Origin: Octopus vulgaris
Lineage: Eukaryota
Length of the DNA stretch: 64,000 nucleotides
Direction of reading: 5' to 3'
Assembly (NCBI GenBank): GCA_951406725.2
Contig: OX597815.1
Coordinates: 101,742,001-101,806,000, forward strand
This document shows positions 11,655 to 26,299 of this stretch, in pieces. The notes below the pieces were generated by a model that was not told where the DNA came from, did not search any database, and saw nothing but the letters and a program-made list of their open reading frames with translations. The position numbers were made by a program, and so were the translations under genes. How positions within the stretch are numbered: position 1 is the stretch's first letter; every line of letters begins with the position of its first letter.

Positions 11655-13145
11655 TGTACAGAGACATTTCAAGTCTGTCATCCCAGTCTTCAAAGGGAAA
11701 CAAATCTCTTGAACTAACGTCCGATTTCACTCACTTTTCATATCATTAAATTATTTGAGAAGGAGGTGAGATATTGAATAACTCACTCCTACGAAGACAA
11801 CAATCTGTTGAACTCCAACCAGCATGGTTTCCGTCATAGCAGGGACTGCTTGTCGCAGCTTCTGCACCATTTTGATGACATCTAAAAAGCTTTGTGAGAA
11901 GGCTCCAGCACTGCTTCATATTACTTGATTTCACCAAGGTATTTGACAGAGCGGATCACAAAAACCTGCTGAAGAAACTGTTCAACATTGGAGTCCGTGC
12001 ACAGCTGTTGCTGCTGTAGATAAAGTGTTTCCTGACGAACAGAACCCAACGTGTTGTGTTTGAGGGAATACGATCCAGCTTAGCCGAAAGCAATTGTGGT
12101 GTCCCACAAGGTGCTGCGTTGTGCCCACTCCTCTTCATTATCTACATCAATGACATAGTAGACGTCATCAAACATTCGACATTGAAAATCTTTGCAGATG
12201 ATTTGAAACTCCAGAAAGCCATAAACGGTATGGGAAACTAAGCATGCCTTCAGTCAGATCTGTTTGCTGTTGTCCAATGGGCAAAAAAAATCTGAATGAA
12301 GATAAGTTTAATTTGATCCACTTCGGCAAAAAGGATACTCTAAAGCTACCATATGCTCTTCCCTTGGGTGACTCCCTAGTGTCATCCAACAACACCGGAG
12401 ACCTTGGAGTAATTGTTGATAACAATCTAAGCTGGAGTTCACGCGTAAAAGCAGCAAGGTTGACTTGGCCCGCAAGATGTGCTTCTGGATTCTGAGAACT
12501 GTCCGGTTTAGCGATGCCCCACCATCATCCTTCTCAACTCTACTTTTACCCGACCTCACCTTGAATAGTGTTGCCCACTGTGGTCTCCCCATACGAAACA
12601 ACTCATTATGAAAATGGAAGCACTCCAGAGATCAATAACAAGAAAGATAGACTGCATGACAGGCATTGACTATTAGGGTGGACTAAAAAATCTCAATCTC
12701 AACTCTCTCCAACGCCGCCGGGAACGCTACATCATTTGTGTGATGTGGAAAGTATTCCATTAATATTGCACAAATGATGTTGGCATCAGTTTTAAAATCC
12801 ACCCAAGACTTGGCCTCCGTGCTATCCACCCACTACAAAAATCGAACTCAGGACCCATAACAACACTACCTCACAACTACCCTATCTCAACCGGTCCAGC
12901 TCTCTTTAATACCGCACCAAAACACATCAAGACGGAAACGGATCCCATGAAATTCAAAAGTTCACTGGACAAATTTCTTCAAAAAATCCCGGACCAACTT
13001 CCTACACCCGGGTATGTCTCCAACAATAATAACTCTTTGCTAGAGTGGACCATGGTGCCCCATATATGACGAAAAGACTTCACCAGGCGGTGCTATTAAG
13101 TTATACATGTCCTGGGCCTATACTGGCCGAAACCTATCAAAGTTA
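11655..13145 (+). mobile_element. Decayed CR1/L2-group LINE reverse transcriptase and 3' end
   Basis: Frameshifted RT motifs QHGFR, LDFTKVFDRADH, CGVPQGAALCPLLFIIYIND, FADD, DLGVIVDNNLSWS, LNSLQRRRERY; multiple stops. Confidence 0.9.
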
Positions 13146-13504
13146 CGTACATACATACATACATACATACATACATACATACATACATACATACATGCAT
13201 ACATACATACATGCATGCATACATACATACATACATACATACATACATACATACATACATACATACATACATACATACATACATACACGTGCAGTAATAT
13301 TTGATTTATGCGTAGTTATATAAACAATTAACATTAAACTGAAGGTCTGCAGTAACTTCGAAGTTTTATCTTACAAGCAGTCATCAGATTGCAGGTATGG
13401 CAAAATTTCTAAGTCACTGTCAACCTTTTCGTGTGCATGTGCATATATGTTTGTGTGTCTGTGTGTATGTGTGAGTGTATATGTCTGTGTGTGTCTGTAC
13501 CTGT

Positions 13505-13543
<39 letters not shown>

Positions 13544-14237
13544 GGGACACTTATTTAGATATCGTCATAAGGGCATACGCAAACACATATGTACATATAC
13601 ATACATACATAGATACATACATACATACATACATACATGCATACATACATACATACATACACACACATACATACATATAGAACAATAGATAATAAAGACA
13701 TGAAAAGGGCGTGTCTCAATCAAATTTTGTTTGAACAATTTCATTTCACGTAATTAGGCATGCATGACACATAAAACTGCCCTGATAGAACCGTGAGCAA
13801 AGCTTTGTATCCAGCCAACAGAGTAGCGTGCTCTGGTAAAGGCGATTCAGCTCGGCTGTCTGCAAAACCACGTGCATTGTAAATTAGTGCTCCTTTAAAA
13901 TCCTGTCCAACTTATTTGATCTTCGTTTAAATACTGCTTCTGATGAAGACAATCCATTATGGTCATATTATGTTTGTTACAAAGTATTTGTTTACATCCT
14001 TCCATGTACTCTGTCGATTTTTCTTTCAAGTTGTCTGTCTAGTTAGTTACCTAGTCACCTATTGCACGCTCACATTCACTTCCCCTATCGTTTTTGTTTA
14101 TATGTATATACATACATTAATATACACATACATACATACATACATATGTATTTATATTTATATAGATAATATATATATATATGCGCACACACACACATGC
14201 ACACATACATACATACATGCATATAAACACACACACA

Positions 14238-14301
<64 letters not shown>

Positions 14302-14546
14302 CATATACGTGTATTTATAAATCTTTTACTTATTTCAGTCATCAGACTTCGGCCAAGCTGGGACACCGCCCTGAAGAATTTTAGTCCAATGAATCGATCC
14401 CATTAATTTTTTAAAAACCTGTTACTACTTATTCTGCTGGTCTCTTTACCAAACTACTAAGTTATTCGGATGCAAACACATCAGCACCGGTTGTCAAGGG
14501 GGGGACAAACTCAGAAACAGATGTGCACGCGCATACACAACACATA

Positions 14547-15290
14547 CGAGGGTGGGTTGAAAAGGTCATAGGCTGATTATGAAAGAGTGATGCTAAAGCT
14601 GTAAAATCTTGCATGCATTAATTTCAACAATAACTGCATTGTTTCTTTCCAGGTAAACTGACATCTGACTCTTCAAAGAATACTTCAAAACTAACTTGTA
14701 AGGACTTCTCTTGTAAACGGACAACATTTTGCATCAAGTTGTTACCAAGTACTGCAGAAAAAGTGTTTAGCTCCCAAGGACATTTCATGTTGACATGGTT
14801 GCTACATTATGAGATGACCCTCTCGCTTTATCAACAGTGCAAAATTGGACAGCTGAATTTAGGACGGGATGGGAGAGTCTGGAAGATGACACAAGGACTG
14901 GATATCCTGCAGTTGCCACCACCGAGGAAAACATTAATCTTGTTCACCACATGGTGGTGGATGACAGACAATTGACTATAAATCCAATAGCCAATGATAT
15001 CAGCCTATCACCTGCTACAGTTGAGAATACTCTGCACAACTTGACATGACAAAGGTTTCTGTTCGGTGAATGCCACGTTTTCTGATGCCTGATCAGAAGC
15101 GCACCAGACTGATCATATCACGGGAAAATCTGACACTGTCTGAGAAGATCAATCTGGTTTCCAAGTGGTGCAACACCAACTGAGAAAGTGCGTGGACTGT
15201 AAGAAGGACTATGTTGAAAAATAAACCTTATTTGATCACAGTTCAGGAGACCATCTTGTACAGCCTATAAATGTTTTAGCTGACTTTCAT
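14547..15290 (+). mobile_element. Mariner transposon relic with degenerate TIRs
   Basis: TA|CGAGGGTGGGTTGAAAAGGTCATAGGCTG ... CAGCCTATAAATGTTTTAGC; peptide W-AEFRTGWESLEDDTRTGYP...DDRQLTI...KVSVR*MPRFL and C-terminal CVDCKKDYVEK. Confidence 0.85.
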
Positions 15291-15316
15291 GTGTGTATGT
15301 GTGTATGTGTATATGT

Positions 15317-15371
<55 letters not shown>

Positions 15372-15450
15372 GGTAAACAGTAAAAATAATTACAGACATG
15401 GACAAGAACATGAAACGCCACAGAGACGACACAAGAACCACAGGACGGGA

Positions 15451-15595
15451 CATTCGAAGCCCTCAGTCATCAGTCAAGAACCAGATCATCTTAGCAATTT
15501 CGGCTGATTAATCTTGAGATTGCTCCGATATGGGCAGCCCGCCAAGGGAAATCTAAGCCAAGTGCATTAGATCCCCTGGAAGAAAGCTTCGAATG
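15451..15595 (-). ncRNA. Reverse-permuted hammerhead-like RNA, variant A, copy 1 (intact core)
   Basis: Minus strand: GGCTG..CCATATC..AGCAAT-C-TCAAGA-TTAAT-CAGCC-GAA-ATTGCT..GATCTGG.TCTTGA-CTGATGA, enclosed by CATTCGAAGCTTTC/GAGGGCTTCGAATG. Confidence 0.7.
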
Positions 15596-16229
15596 TATAC
15601 AACACGAGGACGGAAAACTAAAGAAGTACACGAACAAAAATACAGAATACGTGACAACAATAAGAATACAAAAACGTAAAAACAATAACGGTAAAATAAA
15701 GTATAAAAAATAAACAACGAAACAAAACCAGGACGTAGGACAAGGGTCTTTCGACAGGACGAATTGAGTATGGGGCTGGCTTATGAAGTTGTGCCTAATG
15801 GCCACAGGGAGACGAACAAGTACGTGTTGCTTCAGCGGCTGCTGGAACGAAAAGAGCGCTCAACAGCGGCTAGCGGTCACGTGAGAACAAAAGACAAGAG
15901 AAAGGGACAGATGAAAAGAGAGAGAAGGTGGACGAGGGAGGAGAAGAAAGAGACAGATCGAGGGGGCTGGAGGTGAGAGAGATAGAGAAACGTAGAAGGG
16001 GGGAAAGACGGATGGAGAGGGAAAGAAAGGAGGGGGAATAAGGGAGGAGAGAGAGAGAGAGAAAGAAAGATTAAGAGTCGTATCAATGCTTGAGAAAAAA
16101 TATACTTATCGTATAAGGACAAATGTGGATACGTAGCCGCCGATTATATAGGTAAACAGTAAAAATAATTACAGACATGGACAAGAACATGAAACGCCAC
16201 AGAGACGACACAAGAACCACAGGACGGGA

Positions 16230-16374
16230 CATTCGAAGCCCTCAGTCATCAGTCAAGAACCAGATCATCTTAGCAATTTCGGCTGATTAATCTTGAGATT
16301 GCTCCGATATGGGCAGCCCGCCAAGGGAAATCTAAGCCAAGTGCATTAGATCCCCTGGAAGAAAGCTTCGAATG
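16230..16374 (-). ncRNA. Reverse-permuted hammerhead-like RNA, variant A, copy 2 (intact core)
   Basis: Identical to 15451-15595, offset 779 bp. Confidence 0.7.
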
Positions 16375-16661
16375 TATACAACACGAGGACGGAAAACGAA
16401 AGAAGTACACGAACAAAAATACAGAATACGTGACAACAATAAGAATACAAAAACGTAAAAACAATAACGGTAAAATAAAGTATAAAAAATAAACAACGAA
16501 ACAAAACCAGGCCGTAGGACAAGGGTCTTTCGACAGGACGAATTGAGTATGGGGCTGGCTTATGAAGTTGTGCCTAATGGCCACAGGGAGACGAACAAGT
16601 ACGTGTTGCTTCAGCGGCTGCTGGAACGAAAAGAGCGCTCAACAGCGGCTAGCGGTCACGT

Positions 16662-16711
<50 letters not shown>

Positions 16712-17695
16712 TACATACATACATACATACATACATACATACATACATACATACATACATACATACATACATACAGCATGCTTCTTTCAGTTTCCGTCTA
16801 CCATATCCACTCCCAAAGCTTTGGTCGGCCCGAAGCTACAGTAGAAGACACTTACTCAAGTGCCATGCAGGGGACTGAACCTCGAACTGTATTATAAATA
16901 ACTACAAGACTAGTAAAATTCAACTTCAAAAGAAGTACTAATATTAGAAAAGCTGTACAGAAAATTCAAGCATAAAATGAACTGTAAAGTTTTAGGTTTC
17001 GATTGAACTTCAAAAAGCTAAGCACTCGACTACCGATTTAATCAGTCAAAGACAAAAGAAAACTCCCTAAAAGTAGCAAGTGTTCAACAGGAGGCGAGAC
17101 TGTATATCAATGATGATAAAATGGATGGAAAAATACTTCAAACAGAAAAAGTATAAGCGAGGAAATATTAAAGCAAAAACAAAAGAAGACAGTGATATCG
17201 AGTTAGAAAACAAATGTTGAATAAGAATGACCTTGCTTGGAGACTTTTAAAATGATTGAAATATCCTCTTTTAGAAAAATACGTAAATTCGCGCTAGCTT
17301 AGTATCTACTCATCCGTTTTCAGTAACTAATAACAATTTCGTGACAGGGTAAATTCAATTAAATCATTGCAGTAGTCGAATGGTACATCATTTTATTGAC
17401 AACCAAAGTATGAAATGCCAAGAAACAGGATTAAAACTAAGACGTAAAGTGACTGCAAGGGCATTTTAGCTGTCACCCTAACGATTTCGAAAAGAAATTG
17501 CTCCGATGATGCACAAACTAAAAATTTGATGGGAAAGAATTACTAGATTAATATGGCCCTGGTCCTTTTATTTTGTCAACTCTGACATCGATAAGTTTTG
17601 AACTCAAAACGTGAAGAACTGGAATAAATATCAATAGGGAACTTTTTTTTTCCGTCGCTCTAACGATTCTTCCACTGCATTATTCTAGTGGTATA

Positions 17696-20600
17696 AGGCG
17701 GCGAGCTGGCGGAAACGTTAGCACGCCGGGCGAAATGCGTAGCCGTATTTCGCCTGCCGTTACGTTCTGAGTTCAAATTCCGCCGAGGTTGACTTTGCCT
17801 TTCATCCTTTCGGGGTCGATAAATTAGGTACCAGTAACGCACTGGGGTCGATGTAATCGACTTAATACCTATGTCTGTCCTTGTTTGTCCCCTCTATGTT
17901 TAGCCACTTGTGGGTAATAAAGAAATAGGTATCAATGATAACAATCATTTTAACTGAAGTGGAAGGCTACAATTATGTAAACAGGAAGAGTCGATTAAAT
18001 AATCCCCAGTATCTGATTTAAAGAAGAAATTTAAAGTCAACAAAACTGGAATTCGATTTCAAGATATAAACATCACTAAACACTGCAAAGAATATTGATT
18101 TGAATTTGGTGTACAAGGCCAGCAATGTCGGGGTAGTGGTTAAGTCGATTACATTGACACCCCAGTGTTCAACTAGTACTTATTTTAGCGACTCCGGATG
18201 GATAAAAGGCAAATTCGACCTCGGCAGCATTTGAACTCAGAACATAAAGACGGATAAAATGCTGCTAAGCATTTTGCCCGACGTGCTAACGATTCTGCTA
18301 GCTTGCCGCCTTAAACGGCAAAGCATATTGCTTCCGTTTCTAACACCAACTACTGTGATGGTGACAATACTGATTTCTAACATTGGTTCAAGACCACACT
18401 TGTTTGAGGCAGAGCTATATTTGATTTAATCGGCCCTAATTATTGACTACTAATCATTTCATTGGCCTAACAACAAAATTTACAACGTCGAAAGATGGAA
18501 ATAAATACAGCAACATTCAAGCTGAGACCTTCTTATTAATTCTCACTTCTTCATTTCTCTTAACTGCTATTCCATTGTTCCACTCAATAGATTTGCCTGT
18601 AGCATAATCGTTTTCTTATGTGGAGAGATTACTAGCCTTCATTTCTAGAGAAAGGGACAATGCAAGCTATCCTCCACGAACTTTCTCACGGTGCAACAGA
18701 CCAGATTCAGAGAGGGGAAGGGAAGGAGAAAGAAAGAAAGAAAGAAAGTTGGGTAATAAATAATAATTCTTCCTAATTCTGGCATACAGACAGCAGCTTT
18801 GAGTGGTGCGTAGGAAGTGATTACATTGTCCCCAGTACTCAACTGGTGCTTACTTTATCACCTCCGGAAGGATGAAGGGCAAAGTCGACTTCGGCAGAGT
18901 TTGAATTCAGAACATGAGGACGGATGAAATGCCACTAAGCATTTTGTCCGGCGTGCTAACGATCTGCCTGCTCGCTGCCTTAATAAAAATCCTTTCTATT
19001 ATAGGCACAACACCTGAAATTTTGGGGGATGGGACAAGTTCATCACATCGACACCAGTGCTTGACTGGTACTTAATTTATCGATTCCGAGCGTATGAAAA
19101 ACAAAGTCGACCTCGGCGGAATTTGAACTCAGAACGTGAAGATGGAGGAAATATCGCTAGGCATTTTGCCCGACGTGCAAACGATTCTGCCAGCTCGCCA
19201 CCTTAATTATAATAATAATGGTTTCAAACTTTTCCACAAGGGTGCTAAGCATTTTGTCCAGCGTGCTAACGATTCTGCTAGCTCGCAAAAGCACAAGGCC
19301 TGAAATTTTCAAGGAGAGGACTAGTCGATTACATCAACCCCAGTGTTTCATCGGTACTTAATTTATCAACCCGAAAGGATGAAAGGCAAAGTCGACCTCG
19401 GCAGTGGCTTCAAGATCCGCAAAACGCGTTTAGGACAATACAAATACAAAGGACAGTGGGAATTCACATCATCAAATGCAAACAATAAAACTAAAAATTA
19501 ATATGAGAATTATAGCAAGAAAATCCTCATTAGAAGGGAAACACTACTCGAGGCGATCAAGTAAAGCCCACAGACTATTAATCTCCGTGCTCACCAATTG
19601 TACTATAGCAAGTGTTCACGCTTTATTTCTTGTACTTTTCTTTTCAACGCTGCCTTTCTCGCTACATTCACACACCTGTTTAGAAATTTACTGAGGTGGG
19701 GGTGTAGATGCAGCGCCTCCCTCTCTACCATCACCTTTTTTTTATTTCCAAGTTGGTAGAAACGTTAGCACGCCGGGAGAAATGCGTAGCCGTATTTCGT
19801 CTGCCGTTACGTTCTGAGTTCATATTCCGCCGAGATCGACTTTGCCTTTCAGCCTTTCGGGGTCGATAAATTAAGTACCAGTTACGCACTGGGGTCGATA
19901 TAATCGACTTAATCCGTTTGTCTGTCCTTGTTTGTCCTCTCTGTGTTTAGCCTCTTGTGGGTTGTAAAGAAATAGGTATTTCGTCTGCTGTTACGTTCTG
20001 AGTTCAAATTCCGCCGAGGTCGACTTTACCTTTCATCCTTTCGGGGTCGATTAAATAAGTACCAGTTAATCAGAGGGGTCGATGTAATCGACTTAATCCC
20101 CTTGTTTGTCCCCTCTATGTTTAGCCCCCTGTGGGCAATAAAGACATATATTTCCAAGTAGAACTTGAAAAAGTCGATGAGCGTTTGGCCGAAACGGTAA
20201 ATGTTTGTTTTCAGTCCTTTCAGTTGCATCCACCACATCTTTTGCCATAACCACTAATCAGAGGGAAACTACCTGCCCTTCAGACCAAAAGAACGTGGCA
20301 GGACTATCTTCACAAAAGATTCAGCCGATGGCTGGATTCGTCCTACAAACGATAGTAAATGTTCAGCAAAATTCCGCAAATCAGCAGTACTCAAACTAAA
20401 GTTTCAGGATGGGGTAAGCTCTGCCTCTCTTCCATTTGTCCTTTAAAATCTAGTTGTATCCGCTCATGCCATCCACGGAGAAAGTATAAAATTCTTCTGT
20501 AGTAACCACTCCAGCGAAAGAAGCCTTAAAATTGCTGCTGTTGTTGCTGTTGTTGATACTGCTGTTGCTACTGGTTCTACCTTTGTCGCTGTCGCTACCA

Positions 20601-21370
20601 CTGCTTTCTCTGTTCCTTTTTCCCATTGTTATTGGCGTTACTGCCGCAGCTACGGCGGTAGTTACTTCTAATTCCTTTGTCGCTGCTTCAGCTGCTTTGG
20701 TTACTTTTTTGCTAATGCTGTTGTTATTATAGATGATGATAGTGCTGTTGTCATTAGTGGTGATAATGGTGCTGTTGTTATTACTGTTTACTTCGTTTGC
20801 TGCCTTATCTGTTGAACATTGAACTGTGAACAATGAAATTTTCTCCTCTCTTCCACGAGCAGAATGCCGTTTTCGCTAGCATTGCTACTGTTGTTATTGG
20901 TGTCATTGTTGCTTGTGTTGTTCAAAACTTTGTCGTAACCATTGATGTTGTTATTGTTATTGCTTTACAGCTTTTGCTCTCTCAAATTGATGTTGTTATT
21001 TTGTGGGAGGGAGGGCCAGTCGATTAGATAGACCCCAGTACGCAACTGGTACTTAATTTATCGACCTCGAAAGGATAAAAAGCAAAGTCGACCTCGGAGG
21101 AATTTGAACTCAGAACGTAGCGGCAGACGAAATACCTATTTCTTTACTACCCACAAGGAGCTAAACACAGAGGGGACAAACAAGGACAGACAAACGGATG
21201 AAGTCGATTATATCGACCCCAGTGCATAACTGATACTTATTTAATCGACCCCGAAACGATGAAAGGCAAAGTCGACCTCGGCGGAATTTAAACTCAGAAC
21301 GTAGCGGCAGACGAAATACCACTAAGCATTTCGCCCGGCGTGCTAACGTTTCTGCCAGCTCGCCGCCTTC
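17696..21370. mobile_element. Cluster of tRNA-derived SINEs with Meta-domain-like centre (at least 7 copies, both strands, some dimeric)
   Basis: GGCGGCGAGCTGGC-GAAACGTTAGCACGCCGGG...GAGTTCAAATTCCGCCGAGGTCGACTTTGCCTTTCATCCTTTCGGGGTCGATAAA.TAAGTACCAG at ~17696(+), 18100-18315(-), 18780-18985(-), 18990-19205(-), 19290-19405(-), 19755-20150(+), 21005-21370(-). Confidence 0.9.
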
Positions 21371-23358
21371 TGCTGCTTTTTCATTGAAAGTGTTAGTAAA
21401 TATTAACGACGCGATAATTCCAACGAAAAGAAAACATAGATAAAAGCAACCATTACGAAAATCCTTTCCTTTAGGGCACAGGTCTTATTTAATGATTCAG
21501 CAAGAAATTGTCAATAGTAGACAAATTATTTCAACAAAATTTAACAAAGCTTCGGGAGACGACACAACCGACATCCAACTCAAGCGATAATGATAATAAT
21601 GATTTCAAATTTTGGTATAGGGCTAATAATTTTCTGAAGACACACTAGTGATTCTAATTTAGGTATATCAGTTTTGTGGGAAGAGGCTAAGTCGATATCA
21701 TTGACACCAGCACTTGACGTACTTCTTTTATGGGGCCCTAAGCATGAACGCCAACGGAATTTGATCTCAGAGAGTAAAAAGCCTGAGAAAATAGGTAAGA
21801 ATTAGGATGAATGCTTACTGGAAAGGTGTTAATTCAAATTTTGATGATCCGAAGGGTGCTCAGCTGAGATTTCTAACTCAACTTTAAAGCAAACTCGTAC
21901 ATCCATTGTTTAAATTCTGTGTATATACCTACCAGGAAGGAAGGTAACTGCCGCAACACTTGAATTGGATCTTGCTTAAACTCGAGAGATAGAAAGTATT
22001 ATATGAGCTGGCATTTGTTTCAATATTAAAATTATATAGCACATTTCATAACGACCTTGCAAAACAAACTGCTATGGTGTAAGTAGTGTCAACTTTTGTT
22101 TTGACTTCAACATCCTCTTTGAGGAAAATATTTGCATAATTTGATGCTTCATGTTATAGATCAACTCAAATATCATCTGTGGTCAATTACAATGATTCAA
22201 GGAAAAATTCCAAAGTACCACTTGCTAGATTTTGCCTTACTTCTATTCGACACATTCAGCAATATGTATGAAGCAGTATGTAAGTGCAGTAATATCTCAC
22301 ATTCCACGGATAAACACTACTTCTTTTCTAAATTTTTTTTCACTTCTGATATTAAAAAGCACATGTAAACCTTCGTTTTGATTAATTTTCAATAAAAAGA
22401 AAACAACCTTATATGGTCTCAGTGATAAATGAAACCTGCGAATGCGACCTATTATGGGTAAAATTCAAAGTACGTAACCTTTTGACCTCTGGTGAGCTTT
22501 TTACAGGATAAATTTGCTTATCATTTGCATGAACTTGTAGATCTTGACCAGACAATCATTTTAAGTGGTCATTTGAAATATTTTGGCGAAGAGTTGCTGA
22601 CATCATCAATTTTCTGATTTGTTAGACCCAGGGCTACATGAAAAACCCATTAAACTAAATCACAAGGGTAGTGCATCATGATTTCCACTAGCCCGTGGCC
22701 GAAGGTGTATGAACAATAATCATGTGTATTAGTTTGACGCACGCGAAAAATGAAAAAGTCTGTTACATTTCGAGCAAAAGAAAGGAATAAGAGGAAATAA
22801 ACAGAGAGAGAATGAAAAAAAAAAAACGTGTGGAGTTCATGAGAGAAATATAGTTGATTGAAACAATAACTGAGTATTACTAGTAATTAATTTATTGACA
22901 TCGAAACTTTTGAATAACGAAAGGCAAAAATCGACTCACTCGAAATTTGAACTCAGAATGATGAAACTAAATTACTGTCAGTTATTTTAACCTTTTATAT
23001 ATTTCTGCCAACGCATCGTTTGTTTTATGTTATCTTATTTTTATCATGCTTTTTTTAATTTTTCTTTTTTTTTTTTTTTGTAATGATATCCAGAAAAAAT
23101 ATTGTATTTTTCTGAATGGAAAAATACGGAACAAAAAACATCACATCTGACGTAGTGGTGTCATTAAGAGCTGTATTCCATTGTTTATAAAACGATGACA
23201 AAGAAGAAGGGTCGAATGTCAGTCTTGTTCAGATGGATTGCACTGCGCTCAACAAGTGGTGGTATCAAGGGGAGAAATGGTAGGGGATGAGCCATCGATC
23301 AATAGTGTGAAAAATAATTTGACTAAAATCTCTGATCTCTCTCTCCCAATCTAATCTA

Positions 23359-23438
<80 letters not shown>

Positions 23439-23928
23439 GCCTATTTATTTGTCTGTCTGTCTCATATGTTTTCACTTCTCTTCTTCTTTCACGTACTGTC
23501 CATTTTCGCCTTTCACGCTCCCTATCCTTTCTTTAACTCTTTCTTCCTCGCTGTCTATCTCTATATGTGAGAGAACATATTATATATATATGCATGCGCG
23601 TTTATCAGTCTCTAGGTCTCTTTCTCTCTCTCTTTCTCTCTTCTCTCGCGTTCTTCCGATGCAGTCGTCGTGACGGATGTTCAAGCTTGATCAGGCGGTA
23701 GCAATCTCAGTAAGAACAATCGCAGGGTCTATTTGACGTGTGTCAGTGATGTTTAGTGAAGTGTGACTGTTAGTGCGCTATTCTATGGTGTCAGTATCTT
23801 TAACACACGCACACACGTACACACGCGTGCATCCATGTATGCACACACATCGCATACCACGTGCACGCATACACTTGCCTACCTTCTTCCAGCCTGTCTG
23901 CCTGTCTGTCTGTCTGTCTGTCTGTCTG

Positions 23929-24010
<82 letters not shown>

Positions 24011-24790
24011 CTTCTCTCTCTCTCTCATCTCTCTCTCTCTCTCTGTGCATCTATGTAATTGTGTGCTTCTATGTTTAGCCTAAAAAAAAAACCAACGATC
24101 GAGCAAACCTATAACCAAAGACATTCCAGCCGTGACTATCCTGTTGTTTTCCCATCTACTAGAAATACAGAGTCACACTATCCAATATGTTCTTTAACTA
24201 AAACAATAACATTTCATTCAAGAAGGAGTTAGTTACTATTTGTAGCAAAGTGGGTGCGTGGAGGTTACCTCTTAAATTTCATGCATGTACTTACGAGTAC
24301 GTAGCTATATGCGGTGTATGTACACATAAGAAAGTGTACGGGTGTGTGAATGATTGGATGTATGTAAGCGTTTCTAGGAGCTTGTGCCTATGTTTTTGAT
24401 GTATGAACGAGTGAGTATGCGAGTGTCAACATGTTGAAGTGTGGGTGATAGTGTCTGTGCATGATTGTGTGTATAAATACTTATATAGGTTAATGTGTTT
24501 CTATGTGTCTAATCCTGAGTGTAAGTATGTGTGTGTGTGTTTGCATATGTGTGAGTGTACGTATATAATGTGCTTATTGTATACAATGCTCAGATTGTAA
24601 GCGAGAGTCAATTTTCGTGCACTCGTGTGTGTATGTGTGTGTACAAGTGTACTTCAGCTTAGTAAGACAGAGTCCTGCAGTGCAAACACACATATGTACA
24701 CACACACACATTTCCATTATAATGATCTAACGCCTCTATGTGTTTCGAAAGAAAATTATAACTATATCGATACAGATATCCAGAGAGAGC

Positions 24791-24859
<69 letters not shown>

Positions 24860-24863
<4 letters not shown>

Positions 24864-25127
24864 CACGTGATCACGTGACCGACCAGACCATCAGATGTTC
24901 GCATTGTTTTAGCCTTCGAATGAAGCCACCCCGCTGGCTAAGCGAGCAGGCCAACAGAAGAAAAAGTGGTGAAAGAGTACAGCAGGGATCACCATCGCCT
25001 GCCGGAGCCTCGTGGAGCATTCAGGTGTTTTCGCTCAATAAACACTCACAACGCCCGGTTTGGGAATTGAAACCACGATCCTACGACCGCGAGTCCGCTG
25101 CCCTAACCAGCGGGCCATTGCACCTCC
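24860..25127 (-). mobile_element. tRNA(Arg)-like-headed SINE
   Basis: Minus strand GGAGGTGCAATGGCCCGCTGGTTAGGGCAGCGGACTCGCGGTCGTAGGATCGTGGTTTCAATTCCC (A box, UCG anticodon-like loop, B box), followed by a non-tRNA body. Confidence 0.75.
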
Positions 25128-25563
25128 ACACATATTTATATATATATATATATATATATGCGTGTGTATATATGTGTAATTTGTGTGTGTATAATTGTGC
25201 ATGCATAAGTTAATATATGCGTGTGCATGTAAGTGAGTATGTATAATATACAATGTATGAGATGAAGGAATATGTACACGCATGGTTACACATGCAAGTA
25301 TATAAACACTTTACTAAATACGCGCATATGCATAGATACGCACACGTAATCACACACACATACACACACACGCGCGCACACTCATACAGGTATATATTTT
25401 ACGTTGAAATGCATACAGGTAGAGACACGCGATCGTACAGAACCACATATGGATCCACACGTGTGTGCCTATGTGTAGATTTGTTTATTGACCCGTGTAT
25501 ATGTATGAGTGTGCATGTAAGTTTATATAGCTCTCTGCATATGTGTATGTGTGTATGTATGTG

Positions 25564-25596
<33 letters not shown>

Positions 25597-25601
25597 ATGT
25601 A

Positions 25602-25641
<40 letters not shown>

Positions 25642-26228
25642 CATATTCTTCTATTCTTATACGTTTGACTGCGACCATGCTAGAGCATCGTCTTAAGGGA
25701 TTCTAGTCGAAGAAATCGCCCCTAGGGCTTATTTCTTGTAAGTCTAGTACTTATTCTATCAGTCATTTTGGCCGAACTGCTACATTACAGGGACATAAAC
25801 ACACTAGCATCAGTTGTCCAGCGATGGCGGCAGGGGGAGACAAACACAGACACACACATAAGTACATACATACATATATATATATATGTGTGTGTGTATG
25901 TATATATATGCGTGTGTACACACACATAAACGCACACACACACACACACACATATATATATGTACAGTTGAAACCAATGATCACAACTGTCACCACCCAT
26001 GAATCTGAAGATTACATAAACGCAAGAAAGTATACTAGTTCAATAAGAATGGACATTTAATATTTCGTTTGTTCAATAAGAATAGACAATTAATACTTCC
26101 TTTCATTTGTTTTTACTATATTATTTTATATCTTATATTAATATTAGAAGAATATAAATAAAACGTGAAACACAGTTGCGGTTCCTTTGAGTAATATATT
26201 CTTCCATACACAATCATACAAACCCCTT

Positions 26229-26299
<71 letters not shown>

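Larger units (their letters stand above)
15367..16665 (-). mobile_element. Non-coding partial-tandem retroelement (779-bp period; Penelope pLTR/retrozyme-like)
   Basis: 15367-15886 and 16146-16665 are direct repeats with only two substitutions seen; each carries a hammerhead-core structure; both outer ends abut (TA)n. Confidence 0.85.

Noticed and set aside
15451-15595. HDV-like ribozyme reading of the nested pairings
   Set aside because: No consistent P3/L3/P1.1 or catalytic J4/2 across variants, whereas CUGANGA, GAAA and UH fall exactly at the helix junctions.
20180-20205. GATGA-GC..GCC-GAAACGGTA hammerhead-like remnant
   Set aside because: CUGA box and stem I are not recoverable.
20450-21027. 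N/S/T/A-rich and L/V-rich ORFs
   Set aside because: Decayed trinucleotide (GTT/GCT) sequence between SINEs; no domain or splice evidence.
24860-25127. tRNA genes (also at 11096, 17696, 35287)
   Set aside because: tRNA-like A/B boxes without a complete cloverleaf, fused to repeated SINE bodies.
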